Notes: generated from the sequence alone by a model not told the origin. DNA of 64,000 nt from Magallana gigas (GCF_963853765.1 NC_088853.1:66092001-66156000); one strand, 5' to 3'. Shown: positions 12,269 through 25,124, counted from the stretch's first letter. Numbers and translations: made by a program.

Positions 12269-14158
12269 GTAAGTTTTTTTTTTAATTTTCGTGTCCACCA
12301 AATTCATTATTATACATTGCAATGTTTATTTCATTTTTTATACTGATGATAGAAAATCCTTTATTTTGGTTATAAAATGTAATTGTATATTTGTTATCTA
12401 AAACAACAAAGAAATCTATTTTAAGGAAGACTAAAGCAGATTTCAAGAGGATATTCAATATCGATTTATAACGTTTTGAAAAAGCTTAAATAAGCAGGAG
12501 TAAGTTATAAAGCAATGAAAATAGTTGTGCACACAGTTTAAAACTTTACTTTTTTCTTTCAGATTCAGTATGCACAAGGAACTCTGAATCAACAATGAAG
12601 ACATTATATATTTTGTATGCTCCATGATAAATCAGCAAGTTCGGCTAAATAAATAAGCATACAACATTACAGTTATTTAATGAAATAATGATTGAAAAAA
12701 AACACCAAAAAAAATTTGATTAACTGTATTTCAGTGACACAGATTCTAAAGGAATTAACAATTATAAAGTGCGCTTTGACTTATACATTAAATTGTAGCA
12801 GTGACTAATATTGCATTGATACAGGACATTGCATTATACGTAAATCGTTTCCTTTGACAGAAGACCAATACTACTTTTTACATCATGCAAAAGTAATCAA
12901 CATTTAACAAGGATATCTTAATTGGTTTATAATAACGTATATTTAAGAGGAATAACATTACAGGTATGCTGGCCAATGTCATTACATTCCGATCATTCTT
13001 TGTTTTGGACTACAACAACGTTTGTTTGGTTTTCTTATTATTTTCCGTGCTTTGTAATTTTACGCAGATTACATCGGTTATAAACAAATATGTTTAAACT
13101 ATCAAAATTTTACTGTTATACCTTAAAAACAAATCTTTAAATGTCTTATTTTTTGTCATTTAGCTTTTGCTACTTATTGATTAGAAATGATTTTAGGTAC
13201 GGTGTCCGCTAACCTTAAGGTTATTAAACTGTTTAAGAGGCTAACTAACACCCTTACAGAAGGCCACTTCCAGAAGTGTTTTTCTTTTCTACATCTCCAA
13301 TGTCCAGCGTATATTCTCTTTTGAAACAAAAGTTTTCATTATATCGTTTGCGCGAACTGACGTCACATCAACAAAAGATTTGACAATAAGTGTTAACATA
13401 CAATACATTATGACACATAGAAAAACAAAACGCGATTGGATGGAAAGTAATGTATGCTAGAAAAGAATTTGATTATTTTTATATCAAAGATGGGGTTTAA
13501 ATTAGTTCCGTTTTCCGTTAGCATCAATCGAACTTTACTTGATTAAATATAATTAGTTTTTTGTATGAACAGATTTTAATCTGAATGAATTATCAAATTT
13601 TAATGTTAGAAGTAAAATTAGAATCCAGGTATTGAGAAAAGAAGTTATTGAAATGCAATTAAAGCTTGAGTTCTTTATTTGTTTACGAATAATGTACATA
13701 AATTACAAAATTCTTAACAATAAAACTTTGGCAGACAGGTGTTCATAATTGAATAATTCGATCCGCAATAAAAACCAAGGTTAGACTGTAAGTGATATCA
13801 AAACATATGTAAACTATTACAGGTCTCGAGCTTTGTTTACTAAACAAAGAATTTTAGCCCGTGTAGCTCACTTGCAGCGAAATATTCCTAACATTAGTCA
13901 TAATAATTGAAGACATTGAGCATGAAAAGAAGAATTGAGCTCAAATCCTTATAAGTCTCTGTAAGCTGCTATTGCCATTTGCAGACAGGCGATAGACAAA
14001 TCTCAAATGCTTAATATCTGTGAAACAATTGTTTTGTTTTTACACGTCTTTTTACAAACGCTTAATTTGTAAACATACCGTGGCCTTTTATCAGAACAAT
14101 TTTCGTTCAATTCCATTACAAATAAGAAACAAAATCCAACGTTTTAACTCAGTTAATG

Positions 14159-14422
14159 AATAATAACGGACAGTGTACTGTGAATAATAACGGACAGTGT
14201 ACAGTGAATAATAACGGACAGTGTACTGTGAATAATAACGGACAGTGTACTGTGAATAATAACGGACAGTGTACTGCGAATAATAACGGACAGTGTACAG
14301 TGAATAATAACGGACAGTGTACTGTGAATAATAACGGACAGTGTACTGTGAATAATAACAGACAGTGTACTGTGAATAATAACGGACAGTGTACAGTGAA
14401 TAATAACGGACAGTGTACTGTG
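14159..14422. repeat. 24-bp minisatellite x11 (AATAATAACGGACAGTGTACTGTG)
   Basis: Direct count; accounts for ORFs 14156-14449 and 14091-14444. Confidence 0.95.
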
Positions 14423-15815
14423 AAGAAGGCTGGGAGGTCAACAAATTAAAGACTGGATCTACTTCAAATTATGCTTTGATTTTTAAAACCAAATCAATTG
14501 TTCAGTGAGGAAATATTCAACATTAAAAGCTCCTTAATTTAAGTATTTTCATATCATTTCAAACAGAGCTCTTTTTTGAAAGGAGATCAATCTATTCGAA
14601 AATGACCACTGCTATTTTTCCCTCTTGACCAATACTGAGAATAAATGATGTAAGTTTATTCAGATAGTCAAACGTACACAATGTATTTGTTTTCTTTATT
14701 TTGTTTATGGTTTGTAATTTGCCATTGCCCTCTTTTATATTTATATATTTTTAAACGTTTTTTGAAAGAAATATATCTTTTTTTATATATCAAAGTATTA
14801 CATGTACTGTTATACTCTAGCGTTTCCTTAAATTGACATTATTATAATTTAATGATTATCAATTGTTATTTATTCATTAAAACTGACATCAAGTAGAGTT
14901 TCCGTAAACTGTTAGAATAGCTTAATATGTTACGTGCGCGAACGCAGAAATCTACTAATAGTTTAAAGAATCTCAAGATACCCCATGACCAAAGGCCGAA
15001 ATATCGTCATTCCATAAGATCCCTTCAACAATTTTGATAAGAAAGTACAACAATTCTGATAAGAATATTCACACCTTCTTTTTTCCCAAAGAACAATTAT
15101 ATTTCCCGAGGGCAATGCCAAAGGAAAATATGATTTGTTGGGCAATAAATCGTCATATTTCCCGGACGTTTATGAAATAAAAAACTAAATTGATATTTTC
15201 ATATGTGTTCTAAGATAAGAAAAAAAATATATAAGAATCTTCAGATAATCTTATTAGTGTCCTTATTTCAGCTTCTCATACAAATCGAATGTAAAAAATA
15301 CTAACGTTTCCAAAAAGGTTGAGTTTGGTAATTATTTCCCGTGAAACCCAATTTTTGTTTACCCTATCGGATGACGTTTTAGACCAATAATATGATACTT
15401 TTTATAGAATATTCATATTGCGGTATGATAAATTGTTTTATATAGCAAGCTACGATCGATACGAAATAAAAACTCTGTAAATTTTTGCTTTTTTATTAAG
15501 CTTTTAAGTTTGAGATTAAAGCTAGGCACTTATATTACTGTAGAAAGGAAAAAAAAATGTACAAACAATTAAAATGATAAAAATGTATACAACACAATGA
15601 AGAATTTGTATAGAAATGATGTCGGGCAGATTTGTGTATCAGAAACGTAAAAGAACAATAATAACTTAATAAATATATTTACAGAAAATTTGTTGTAAAT
15701 GTGCAAACGCATTAAACATTTTACGTTACTTATTTGTTTTTCTTCCGTCTTCCTTCCTGGTTTATGTGTGCGTCTGTAAACAAAGTGAAATAATTATTAC
15801 TTTTATTCAAACATA

Positions 15816-15818
<3 letters not shown>

Positions 15819-15884
<66 letters not shown>
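15819..15884. repeat. (TC)n microsatellite
   Basis: Direct. Confidence 0.98.
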
Positions 15885-15888
<4 letters not shown>

Positions 15889-16054
15889 TTAGATGTGTTG
15901 TCTCAGACGTATTTATTTGTTTAATGATTAAAATCCAAGGTATCTTATAAGTCTCTTTTACTACTTAAACATTTCGTTTTTCTGTCAATAATTTTTCCAT
16001 TGTGACATATTTTTTTTGAAATTCAATAAATAATATTCTGGTTGTCTTACTTAC

Positions 16055-16210
16055 TGTAACATTTTTACACGTCTTCAGAGGAAGTTTGTGGTTGGATATG
16101 GTGAAGGAATTCCTATATCGTACTTTAATACGGATAGCTTGGGTTACAGAGCCATAGTTGGTACGTGCATAAATGCGACCATGAAAAGGGCCCACGACAT
16201 CCTGATGATA
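16055..16210 (-). CDS. Gene A domain X, second exon (YHQDVVGPFHGRIYARTNYGSVTQAIRIKVRYRNSFTISNHKLPLKTCKNVT)
   Basis: CAG acceptor after a polypyrimidine tract, GTAAGT donor, 156 nt in phase 0, matching the previous exon. Confidence 0.8.
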
Positions 16211-17085
16211 CTGCAAAAAAACCGAAATAGGACATTCAGATTTTGCCTATGTAATACGATTGATTTATCTATCTTATTTCCATAAGCCATTGATAATTTA
16301 TATTATTAACTTATAAAACATCAACAAATTACATATTTTAATCAAGAATAAATCTATGTATAAATCTGAGTGGCAAATCTTATGCTATAAATTACAAAAC
16401 TCAAAACTACGCTTTCTATGCAAATAAAAATGCCTTAATACACAATAAATAGCGACAAAATAATATTTAAGGAATGGAATTAATAGTAGCAAATCAATAG
16501 AGAGAGAATATGTTTGAATAAAATGTACAAAATTAAAAAGGTATAATTGTGCATTTCATTTGCATTTTGATGCGGGATATAATGTCCAATACTGTTCCTA
16601 CAATACACACAACGCTAGAAAGAAAGAGACGGTCACTTTGTTTTATAATATCTTAATGGAAAATCATTCTTAACATTGTTTGAATACTCGTTCTTCTATA
16701 CTGAAACATAATTGTCCAAGATAATAAAAGTATTTAAATGGCATTCTTATTTTAATGTTACACTTCAAACTGACATTTTACTGATTAAGTGATAAGAAAA
16801 TTATTTAATTCTTAAATAATTTTATTAATAAAGTACTGGCTGTTTTGAATTATTAACAGAAATGCATATATACATACATTTTGTATAACAAACAAGCATT
16901 TTAGCGTTTATCGTGTGTTTTACGCCTTCATACACGAAACAAATAAACAAATATAATGTGGAATTTAAAGAAAAACAAAACAAAGAAAAAACAAACAGGG
17001 AATCAATACCAATCTCCGACGAACAGAAACAAAAAGCGATCACTGCGTTCTTTAGTAAAGTATTTGGGTAAGCTTTAAATCATAC

Positions 17086-17327
17086 CTCAGTCTTTTCCAT
17101 TTTGTCTGAGAGAAACAATACATTGAAATGTTCAGCTTTAACAATAGATATATGCAAGTAAGCTAGGTCTGATGCCAGCTTTGGCAACGCAATGTAGATA
17201 TACACCACCCGGAGTCGTCCATTGGAAGGAAGCGTGAGTCCGTCCGCCGAATATATTGCATTGTAGTCAGGACTATTAATTGTACTGTTTGGTGAAATAC
17301 TTATGGAGGCAGAGGCACTGCAAACAA
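17086..17327 (-). CDS. Gene A C-terminal domain X, first exon (VCSASASISISPNSTINSPDYNAIYSADG...SDKMEKTE)
   Basis: AAG acceptor, GTATGA donor, 242 nt (phase 1 to 0); same length as the homologous exon at 10491-10732. Confidence 0.8.
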
Positions 17328-17927
17328 CTTTTATAGAAAACAAATATAGTAAGTAAACTGCAGTAAGTTCAATATACATCGATATATAGTAAACATTTTT
17401 CGATTCGATACAATAAACTCAAAACAATTCATATAATTGGTTTCAATATTGTAGCATCTATTATCATAACATAGTGTTTTAACCAACTCAATCAAAGCAA
17501 ATAAATATATTCTTTATTTAGTTTTCGTACGTTTTTATCCAAGTTTCACAATCAGGCATACTTCACTTTTTAAGGTATTTTTTTTTCAATATTCCGATAG
17601 TCCTACTTTTGTAAAGATAGGCAAAGTTCACATTTTTCGTTTTCTGACAACCTAATGATGAGTCCCTTCAATTGTTACTAGTATAAACAAAAGACTACCA
17701 TGAAAGAAGTTTAATTATCGAACCTATTTTTAAAAAAGAGATTGAACTCTAAATTATCTACACATTATACAAAAAAAAAATAACTATCGATAAACTGAAA
17801 TACGCTAAGCATATTCATCTAGACTAGGGATCCTGTGTTATCGAACAATCATAATTATGATTTTGAAACATGAATTGTCTAGCCAATATCAATATATAAT
17901 TATCAGGAAACTGAAGTCTGCTCTTAC

Positions 17928-18059
17928 CAGGTTCACATTCAGTCCCTTGGTAGCCATGTTTGCATTTTTGACAGACCCCAGTATGTGGGTAACACTGTTC
18001 ACAGTTAGTTGGGCAGGGACGAGTACACCTTGGTCCATCTTCTACAGGGGCAGGACAGC
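17928..18059 (-). CDS. Gene A EGF-like exon (GCPAPVEDGPRCTRPCPTNCEQCYPHTGVCQKCKHGYQGTECEP)
   Basis: CAG acceptor, GTAAGA donor, 132 nt. Confidence 0.88.
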
Positions 18060-19275
18060 CTGGGATGAAATACATTAAAACAACATATACTGTATTTTGT
18101 TCAATAAATTCTCACTTTTTTCTCGAAGGTTTAATCTCACTTACGTTTTAATCAAATTTCCGTTTAGTGATAAATTACAGTTCCTCAAAATTAAATGTTA
18201 ATTCATCAAAAAACTTTAAAAACGTCTTAAAGTGTTCCTTAAAATATACATAAAGTATTGCTGAAACTACATTCTTCCTATCTGATTCAAGACCCTCGTC
18301 ATATAAGAAGGATACTTGGGGATATTTATTGGTTTACTTTCCTTTAAAATAGGTCTAGTACAAGTATTTTTATCGGTTGAACAACTTTTAAAAAGCCCGA
18401 ATTTGATTTGTTGTTTATCACCAAAATCATTACAAACAAATTGCTTGAGAATCAAAGACAGGGCATTCAAACACAATGTAGTCTATTGATTTCCGGAGTT
18501 TATCCGATATATTTTTTTCCACAGTTTTTGTTTCATCAATGAAGCAAAGGGGCCTATTCATAATTCCACCGCCGGGAACTTATTATTGAACATCAGTTAT
18601 TTATTCTTAAAGCTAATGTTGACTATATTTCACTTTGTTTCTGGTCAGGCTAATTACGGTAAGCTATGCAAGCACGATATTTAACATCGGCAAACATCGG
18701 CTAACAAAACAATGGAATAATTAACAAAGAGCAGGGGCTTTATCATGAAGACATCAACAGTCTGTACCCTTAACGATCTCCGATCCTCAGCAATGTTCGA
18801 TAACTCTAAATTATCCGGATTTCTTGTATCCGTACCATAAATCTTTTATACGAACAATTTTAATTACTACATGTAGTAGTATTCTAGTGTTTGTATTACC
18901 ATCAGGTACACAACTACGTGCTACGCGTAGTGGATTCACGGAGAACTACTTATCAATGACATGATGATAAAGAATTCGAGCAACAGGTGCACCGGCGCTT
19001 TTTTTTAAACACGTTAATATTATATCCATGCAATAACTTTGTGAAATGCATTGATACAATCTAAAACTTTTATTTTATTTCATCTCTTGTAAAACGTTTA
19101 AAAGAAACATGAGACTTTAATCATGAAAAAAAACCAATATATATACTTCCCCCCCCCCCCCCGAAAAAAAGCAACAAACTTTGAGGCTGAGAATCGGATC
19201 GGAGAACCTAAATAAAACCTTGAATCGTACTATCTTCAAATTCTCTTCCTAAATCCAGATGCAACAAAAACATAC

Positions 19276-19530
19276 CATAGACTTCCACTTCACACAAATC
19301 AGCAAATGCATACTGGGAATAGTTTGCAGGATAGTCATATCCTTCTTTCCGTTCGTTGTAGTATATGATGTAACGTCCGGACAATGCGCAAAGAATGTGC
19401 ATAACATCCGGAAGATCGTAGATTGTGTAATAATTAGCGTGATAACATCGGACAGCGGTCGTTATATCGGTTGTGTTAGAAATGTAGAGGTAGAACCCAA
19501 GGGGCACAGCTCTATGAGGGTTGTGTTCAT
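19276..19530 (-). CDS. Gene A FTP3 C-half (DEHNPHRAVPLGFYLYISNTT...GRYIIYYNER...LCEVEVYG)
   Basis: CAG acceptor, GTATGT donor, 255 nt. Confidence 0.9.
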
Positions 19531-19692
19531 CTGCACAACATTATTCAAAGTTGTCATAAAAGATGTGCATAGAAATATTAGTACATTTATTATTACAATG
19601 TTTACCGGTAACATGTAATGTATTTTTTGTTTTTTTTTCTACAGTACCTATTCTTATTATCATAGATTTGAGTTGTGCATCTACTATGCCGA

Positions 19693-21404
19693 ATTATAAT
19701 GCCTCTTGTCAGTTTGTCTCTATATATTTAATACTCATCTATGTTCGCATAGTATACAATGGGTTTATATAGCGTCAGCATACTATGCCGAAATAGAGCA
19801 CGGCAAATGTTTACAACGAAAATATTGCAAGCGCCGACAGCGGGTTTCGGACTCGTGCTACTAAAAGCAAATTACGTCTTGAAGCCCAACGCGTTATCGT
19901 TACACTACAGCAGCCGATGATATGTCTGACGGTATTTAAATATAAAAGAGGCCAATTGGCCTTAACGGTCACCTGAGAAGCATATAACCCATACACAAAC
20001 TTGTCGAGTCTCATATATGCATTTAATTAGTTTTCATTCTGCAGTAGAACAATTATAAATCTGTAATAACGACCTCCTCCCTGCCTGAAATCTTTCAAAA
20101 AGAACCATGAAACCTATAATTTTGGTGAAAAACTTCTGGTCTACAGAATCATGAATTCAGTTTTCCTTTTAGGTGTGTGGGAGTAAAGAAGATAATGTTT
20201 AAACATTATATGCATTAAGACCTATACATCCAGTTTGGCCCTGCCCTAGAGTCAAAACCCATACTCCAGGGGACATGAAAATCAAAATTTCATTAGAGGA
20301 CTTCCTGGTAAACATAATTATGAAGTCAGTTTTTCATACAGGTGTGTGAGAATAGAGAAGAGGATTTTTAAACATTATATGCATTAACACTATATTGCCC
20401 CCCCCCCCAAGTCCTGAACCCCTGACCAAGGGGCCATGAATTTCACAATTTAGGCCTTCATGGACATCATAACCATCTATTCAGTTTTTCCCATATGTGT
20501 TGGAGTAATGAAAAAACATTAATATTTAATACATATTTACTATATGGCCATATTGGCCCCACCCTAGAGCCTGAACACAGGGGTCATGAATTTAACAGTT
20601 TTGGTGGAGGGCTTCATGGACATCATAATCATGCATTTAGTTTTTAATAAATATTCATGGGAGTAGAGAAGAAGATTTTCTAAGATTTTATGCATTTTTA
20701 CTATATTGTCATATTGGTCCCACCCTAGAGCCTGAACCCCTGATACAGGAGTCATGAATTTCACTATTTTGGCAGAGGGCCTCGTGGACATTATAATCAT
20801 GCATTTAGTTCTTAACAAATATATATGGGAGTAGAGAAGAAGATTTTCTAAGATTTAATACATTTTAACTATATATGGCCATATTTGGCGCCACCCTAAA
20901 GCCTGAACCCCTGACCCAGGGGTCATGAATTTCACACTTTTGGTTGAGGGCTTCATGGACATTATAAACATGCATTTACTTTTTAACAAATATATATGGG
21001 AGTAGAGAAGATTTTCTAAGATTTAATACATTTTTACTATATGGCCATATTGGCCCCACCCTAGAGCCAGAACCCCTGAAGCAGGGGCCATGAATTTCCC
21101 AATTTTGGTAGAGGGCTTCATGGACATCATAAATATGCAACCTGTTTTTTCCTTGCATGTGTGGGAGTAGAAAAGAAGATTTTTGAAAATTTGGCTTTTT
21201 TTTTTGCTTATTTGGCCCCGCCCACGGCACCCCATCGGTGGTAGAACCATGAATTTCACAATATAGATTTTTCTTACCATAGAGATGCTTCACACTAAAA
21301 GTAGTATCGATTTGCCTGGTAGTTTTCAAGAAGAAGTTAACAATGTAAAATTGTTAACTCACGACGCACGGCGCACGACGCAAGACAACGGACGAAGACC
21401 AATT

Positions 21405-21438
<34 letters not shown>

Positions 21439-22052
21439 TCAAACTTAGAAACATACGATTGACATCAAGCAATTAAATTTATAAATCTTTCCAAAAACAC
21501 CTCATTATTGACGATAATTTTATTAGTTAAAGTTTTGATAAACATTTAAACAAATGGATTAAACAATTTTGAAAGAAATTCTGCATGAGAATCACAAAAA
21601 CACTTTTTTTAAAATGACGCTTGATAAAGAATGTACAAGAACAAAATTCAATCGTCTGCTAAACATTTCTAGTCTTGTCGGTAAAGTGAAACGTCCCTTG
21701 TTTCTTGAAAAGAACATGAACATTTGTTGATTTTTTATTGTACAACTTGTTGATTAAATTATCAATCAATTTGAATTCAATTGATTACTTTGAAAGAACA
21801 AACGCTAGCTTTTCCGGTGATTATTTTATGGGACAAGACAACGCTCAAACGTCACAGCTACTTAAAGCAAAGCACGTCAGTATATACAAAACTCGGCATA
21901 ATAATTACAATAGTGTTGTGTTGTGCATGTACTATGCCTAAATAGTAGTCAGGGTTTGATAGTGTACTCGCCTCCGGCTCATGCAACATGAATCAATCCC
22001 TGGCTATTATTTAGGCATAGTACATGCACAACTCAACACTATTATATAAATA
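19693..22052 (-). mobile_element. Inverted second copy of the 22832-23718 element, interrupted by the HINE at 19944-21438
   Basis: Reverse complement of 21440-22052 joined to 19693-19943 is colinear with 22832-23718. Confidence 0.7.
19944..21438 (-). mobile_element. Non-autonomous Helentron (HINE) with central ~166-bp satellite-like repeats
   Basis: subTIR GGTCACCTGAG at both ends, short terminal palindrome GAGGCCAATTGGCCT, GTCC/GTCG-type microsatellite, tandem monomers, insertion in a T-run. Confidence 0.8.
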
Positions 22053-22081
22053 CTAGTCATGGCTTGAAACATAGTAAACAA

Positions 22082-22690
22082 GCTGGAAGCGAGTGCATAA
22101 TTAATGTATTAAACCCTGCCTATTAATTTAGCATAGTACAAACACAACACATCTCTTTTGTTATGCTGACTATTGTATATTGATGTTCGGTGCTTTACGC
22201 TATTTATGACGTTTGAACGTTGTCCATTCATTAAAATAATTATCGTAAAAGCAAGTTTTTGCTTTTTCAAATAAATTAATTGATTTAGTTGATTATTTAA
22301 TCGAGAAACTGCATTACAATAAAAAATAAACAAGCACACGTTTAGATTCTTTCCAAAAACGAAAAAAGAGACTCGATTCACCTTACCGATAACACTTGTT
22401 TAGCAGACGAAATCCTATTATGTGTTTTCCTTGTGCATTCCCAAACAATCGTCATTCAAGAAGTTGTTTACCGTGATTCTCATTTACATTTTTGTGAAAA
22501 ATGATTCATCAATAGCTTGAAATCGTCATTCAAGAAGTTGTTTACCATGATTCTCATTTACGTTTTTGTAAAAATGATTTATCAATAGTTTGAAAGTTAC
22601 CTAGAATTTTTAAACCTTAAAGTTTTCCTTAATGATGTGGTGTAGAAATTACTCATTTTAATTTATCGATGTAACTTGTATGTATCTACG
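22082..22690 (+). mobile_element. Third, older truncated copy of the same hairpin-element family
   Basis: Begins inside the spacer (GGAAGCGAGTGCA) and follows the body of 22920-23440 with many substitutions. Confidence 0.6.
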
Positions 22691-22831
22691 TTTTGTTTTT
22701 TTTTAATATATAAAAAAAAACCGCTAGTTACATCAACGGCTGCAGTTGAGTACATGTAACACGATGTGATATAAACCGTAACATCTAATGGTCGATTGCT
22801 CAGAAGCCGCTGTCGGAGCTATTACGATATT

Positions 22832-23718
22832 TATATAATAGTGTTGTGTTGTGCATGTACTATGCCTAAATAGTAGTCAGGGTTTGATACATGGTGCACG
22901 AGCCGGAGGCGAGTGCACTATGTATCAAACCCTGACTACTATTTAGGCATAGTACATGCACAACACAACACTATTGTTATTATTATGCCGACTGTTAAAT
23001 ATACTGACGTGCTTTGCTATAAGTAGCTCTGACGTTCGAGTGTTGACAAGTCCCTTAAAATAATCACCGGAAAAGCAAGCGTTTGTTGTTGTTTTCAAAT
23101 TACGTGTACGGTAATCAATTGATTTGATTGTTTATTTAATCAACAAGTTGTTGTACAATAAAAAGTCAACAAAGGTTTATGTTCTTTTTAAGAAATAGAG
23201 AGACGTTTTGCCTTACCGAGAAAACTCGAAATGTTTAGCAGACGAAATCTCAGTGAATTTTTTTTCTTGAACATTCTTTATCAAGCGTCATTTAAAAAAG
23301 CGTTTTTGTGATTCTCATGTAGAATTTCTTTGAAAAATGTTCAATCAATTTGTTCAAAAGTTTATAGGAAACTTTAACTTTAAAATTACCGTCAATAATG
23401 AATTTTTTTTTGGAAAAATGAATAATTTTAATTGCTTGATGTCAGTCGTATATATGTAGTTTTTATATACCTAAATACCGGTATTCATAAGAACGGCTAA
23501 TATAGCGTAGCGGTAACGCGTTGGGCTTCATGCTAGAATCAATGATTTTAGCGTCGTGAGTTCGAATCCCGCTGTCGGCGCTTGAAAGATTTTCGTGGAA
23601 AATATTCGCCGTGCTCTATTTCGGCATAGTATGCTTACGCTATATAAATCCTTTGATACTATGCGAAAATAGATGAGTATTGAATATATAGTGACAAACT
23701 GACAGAAGGCATAATAAT
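22832..23718 (+). mobile_element. Terminal-hairpin element carrying a tRNA-derived segment
   Basis: Perfect 56-bp arms (22837-22892 / 22920-22975), 27-nt spacer, ATTATTATGCC (22979) ... GGCATAATAAT (23708) inverted pair. Confidence 0.7.
23495..23580 (+). promoter_or_regulatory. tRNA-derived Pol III promoter-like segment (A and B boxes); second copy at 19832-19916 on minus
   Basis: TAGCGTAGCGGTA (A-box-like) and GAGTTCGAATCCC (B-box); cloverleaf does not close, so not a tRNA gene. Confidence 0.6.
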
Positions 23719-24070
23719 CGTTGACAACATTTGAGGTGCTAATTTTCGGTATAGAATGATTACGCTGCATACAACCTTTGAATTTACATTCAAAAAGTAG
23801 ATTAATTTTAAATGCAAAAAAGACAAACTCACATACGGTATTACAGTTTGAAATATAATGACCAGATATTGCAGATTTAAGAAAAAACAAATCATTATGA
23901 AGAAAAAAAAACACACACAAAGAAAATACTCTATGTCGTTTCTATACAACAACCATTTGCGAGTAAGAAGACGTGCCAAACTCATTATTAAATTCACTTT
24001 AGATGTCCCGATGATCAACATAAACAGAATAAGACAATTTAAGAGATGAAACATCGCTAACGCATCTTAC

Positions 24071-24292
24071 CCCATGTCTTGTTCTCTGTCCTAAAATATA
24101 TCACAATGCGATCTAACCGATATATATCTTTCAGATCAACTCGCCAAATTGCTTTAGTATCCGGTAAAGTTGATGAAGATTGACCACCGCGAAACGTCCG
24201 ATCAGATTTCCGGTTATCAACTGCCTTCTCTGAACCGGAAGCGCCAGATCGCGTGGAAGACTGATATGTTGGTTTCCAGAGAGCTAGATTTT
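24071..24292 (-). CDS. Gene A FTP3 N-half (NLALWKPTYQSST...KAVDN...IWRVDL...YFRTENKTW)
   Basis: TAG acceptor, GTAAGA donor, 222 nt, within ORF 24057-24377. Confidence 0.9.
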
Positions 24293-24680
24293 CTAGATCT
24301 AACGATAAAAACAAAGATGCATTATTGCATTGAACTAGAGTCTCGTGGGAATCGAAGAGCATCCGTTCAATATACAAAACTCATAACTTTCAAGAAAAGC
24401 ATAATAATTTGCCAACAAAAACATGACAATTACTGCAAAAAAAACCGACTGTATAGGATTATTAATCACATATCATGTTTAATATTATTTACATGCATCT
24501 AGGATATCAGTTATTGAGCCCAATTTTGTTTACAAATCGTTCAATTCACTTTAACGTTTAAAGTAGAAAAAATATAGTACAATATTGCATGATTTAGTAC
24601 AGAAAATAGCTGCATGTCTTTTACTTGGAACACGTTTATAAACTATTTGAACTAAATTGACCAATCCTAAAAGATCTTAC

Positions 24681-24746
24681 GATTTTTGCAGCTAGAGAAG
24701 CAAGGGACAGCACAATGCGGACCGTCGAATCCAGGAATTGGACAAC
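24681..24746 (-). CDS. Gene A truncated EGF-like exon (GCPIPGFDGPHCAVPCFSSCKN)
   Basis: CAG acceptor; internal GTAAGA donor gives a 66-nt phase-1 exon; reading past it hits TAG. Confidence 0.6.
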
Positions 24747-24869
24747 CTGGATACAAAGAAAGGAAGGCAAAGTATCGCTAGTTTTGTATATAGAAACACA
24801 CATTTGTGCGAAAAGGCTATAAATATTGTGAATGATGCTACAACAAACAAAAATCCAAACAATAATTAC

Positions 24870-25124
24870 CATACACTTCGACTTCACACAGAGCTGACTG
24901 GGCGTATTGACTGTAACCAGCTGGATAGCTAATGTCCGGGAGTCTTTCTTTGTAATACGAGACATATTGACCAATCACAGGGCAGCTTATATCGAATGAG
25001 AAAGGTATAGTTGACCTTGTATGGTTTGTGTCTTTGTAGCAGACGACACCCTCATTTTGATTGGTGGAGTTAGAAACTGTTAATGTAAAGCCCAGAAGAA
25101 GTCCTGTATAATTATTTTTCCCAC
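24870..25124 (-). CDS. Gene A FTP2 C-half (GGKNNYTGLLLGFTLTVSNST...GQYVSYYKER...LCEVEVYG)
   Basis: CAG acceptor, GTAATT donor, 255 nt, within ORF 24838-25149. Confidence 0.9.

Noticed and set aside
14091-14449. Stand-alone protein genes on both strands
   Set aside because: Open frames are explained by a 24-bp tandem unit; no supporting splice or promoter evidence, so kept only as a speculative finding
15730-15777. Possible terminal exon of gene A (THT-stop)
   Set aside because: A CAG acceptor exists but there is no homology or other support
20564-21329. ORFs of 84-117 aa
   Set aside because: They lie within HINE satellite monomers
23495-23580. Functional tRNA gene (possible TCA anticodon)
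   Set aside because: Acceptor and anticodon stems do not pair properly, and the two copies differ throughout; treated as a tRNA-derived repeat segment
23528-24054. 130-aa intronic ORFs
   Set aside because: Low-complexity AT-rich intron and repeat sequence with no recognisable motifs
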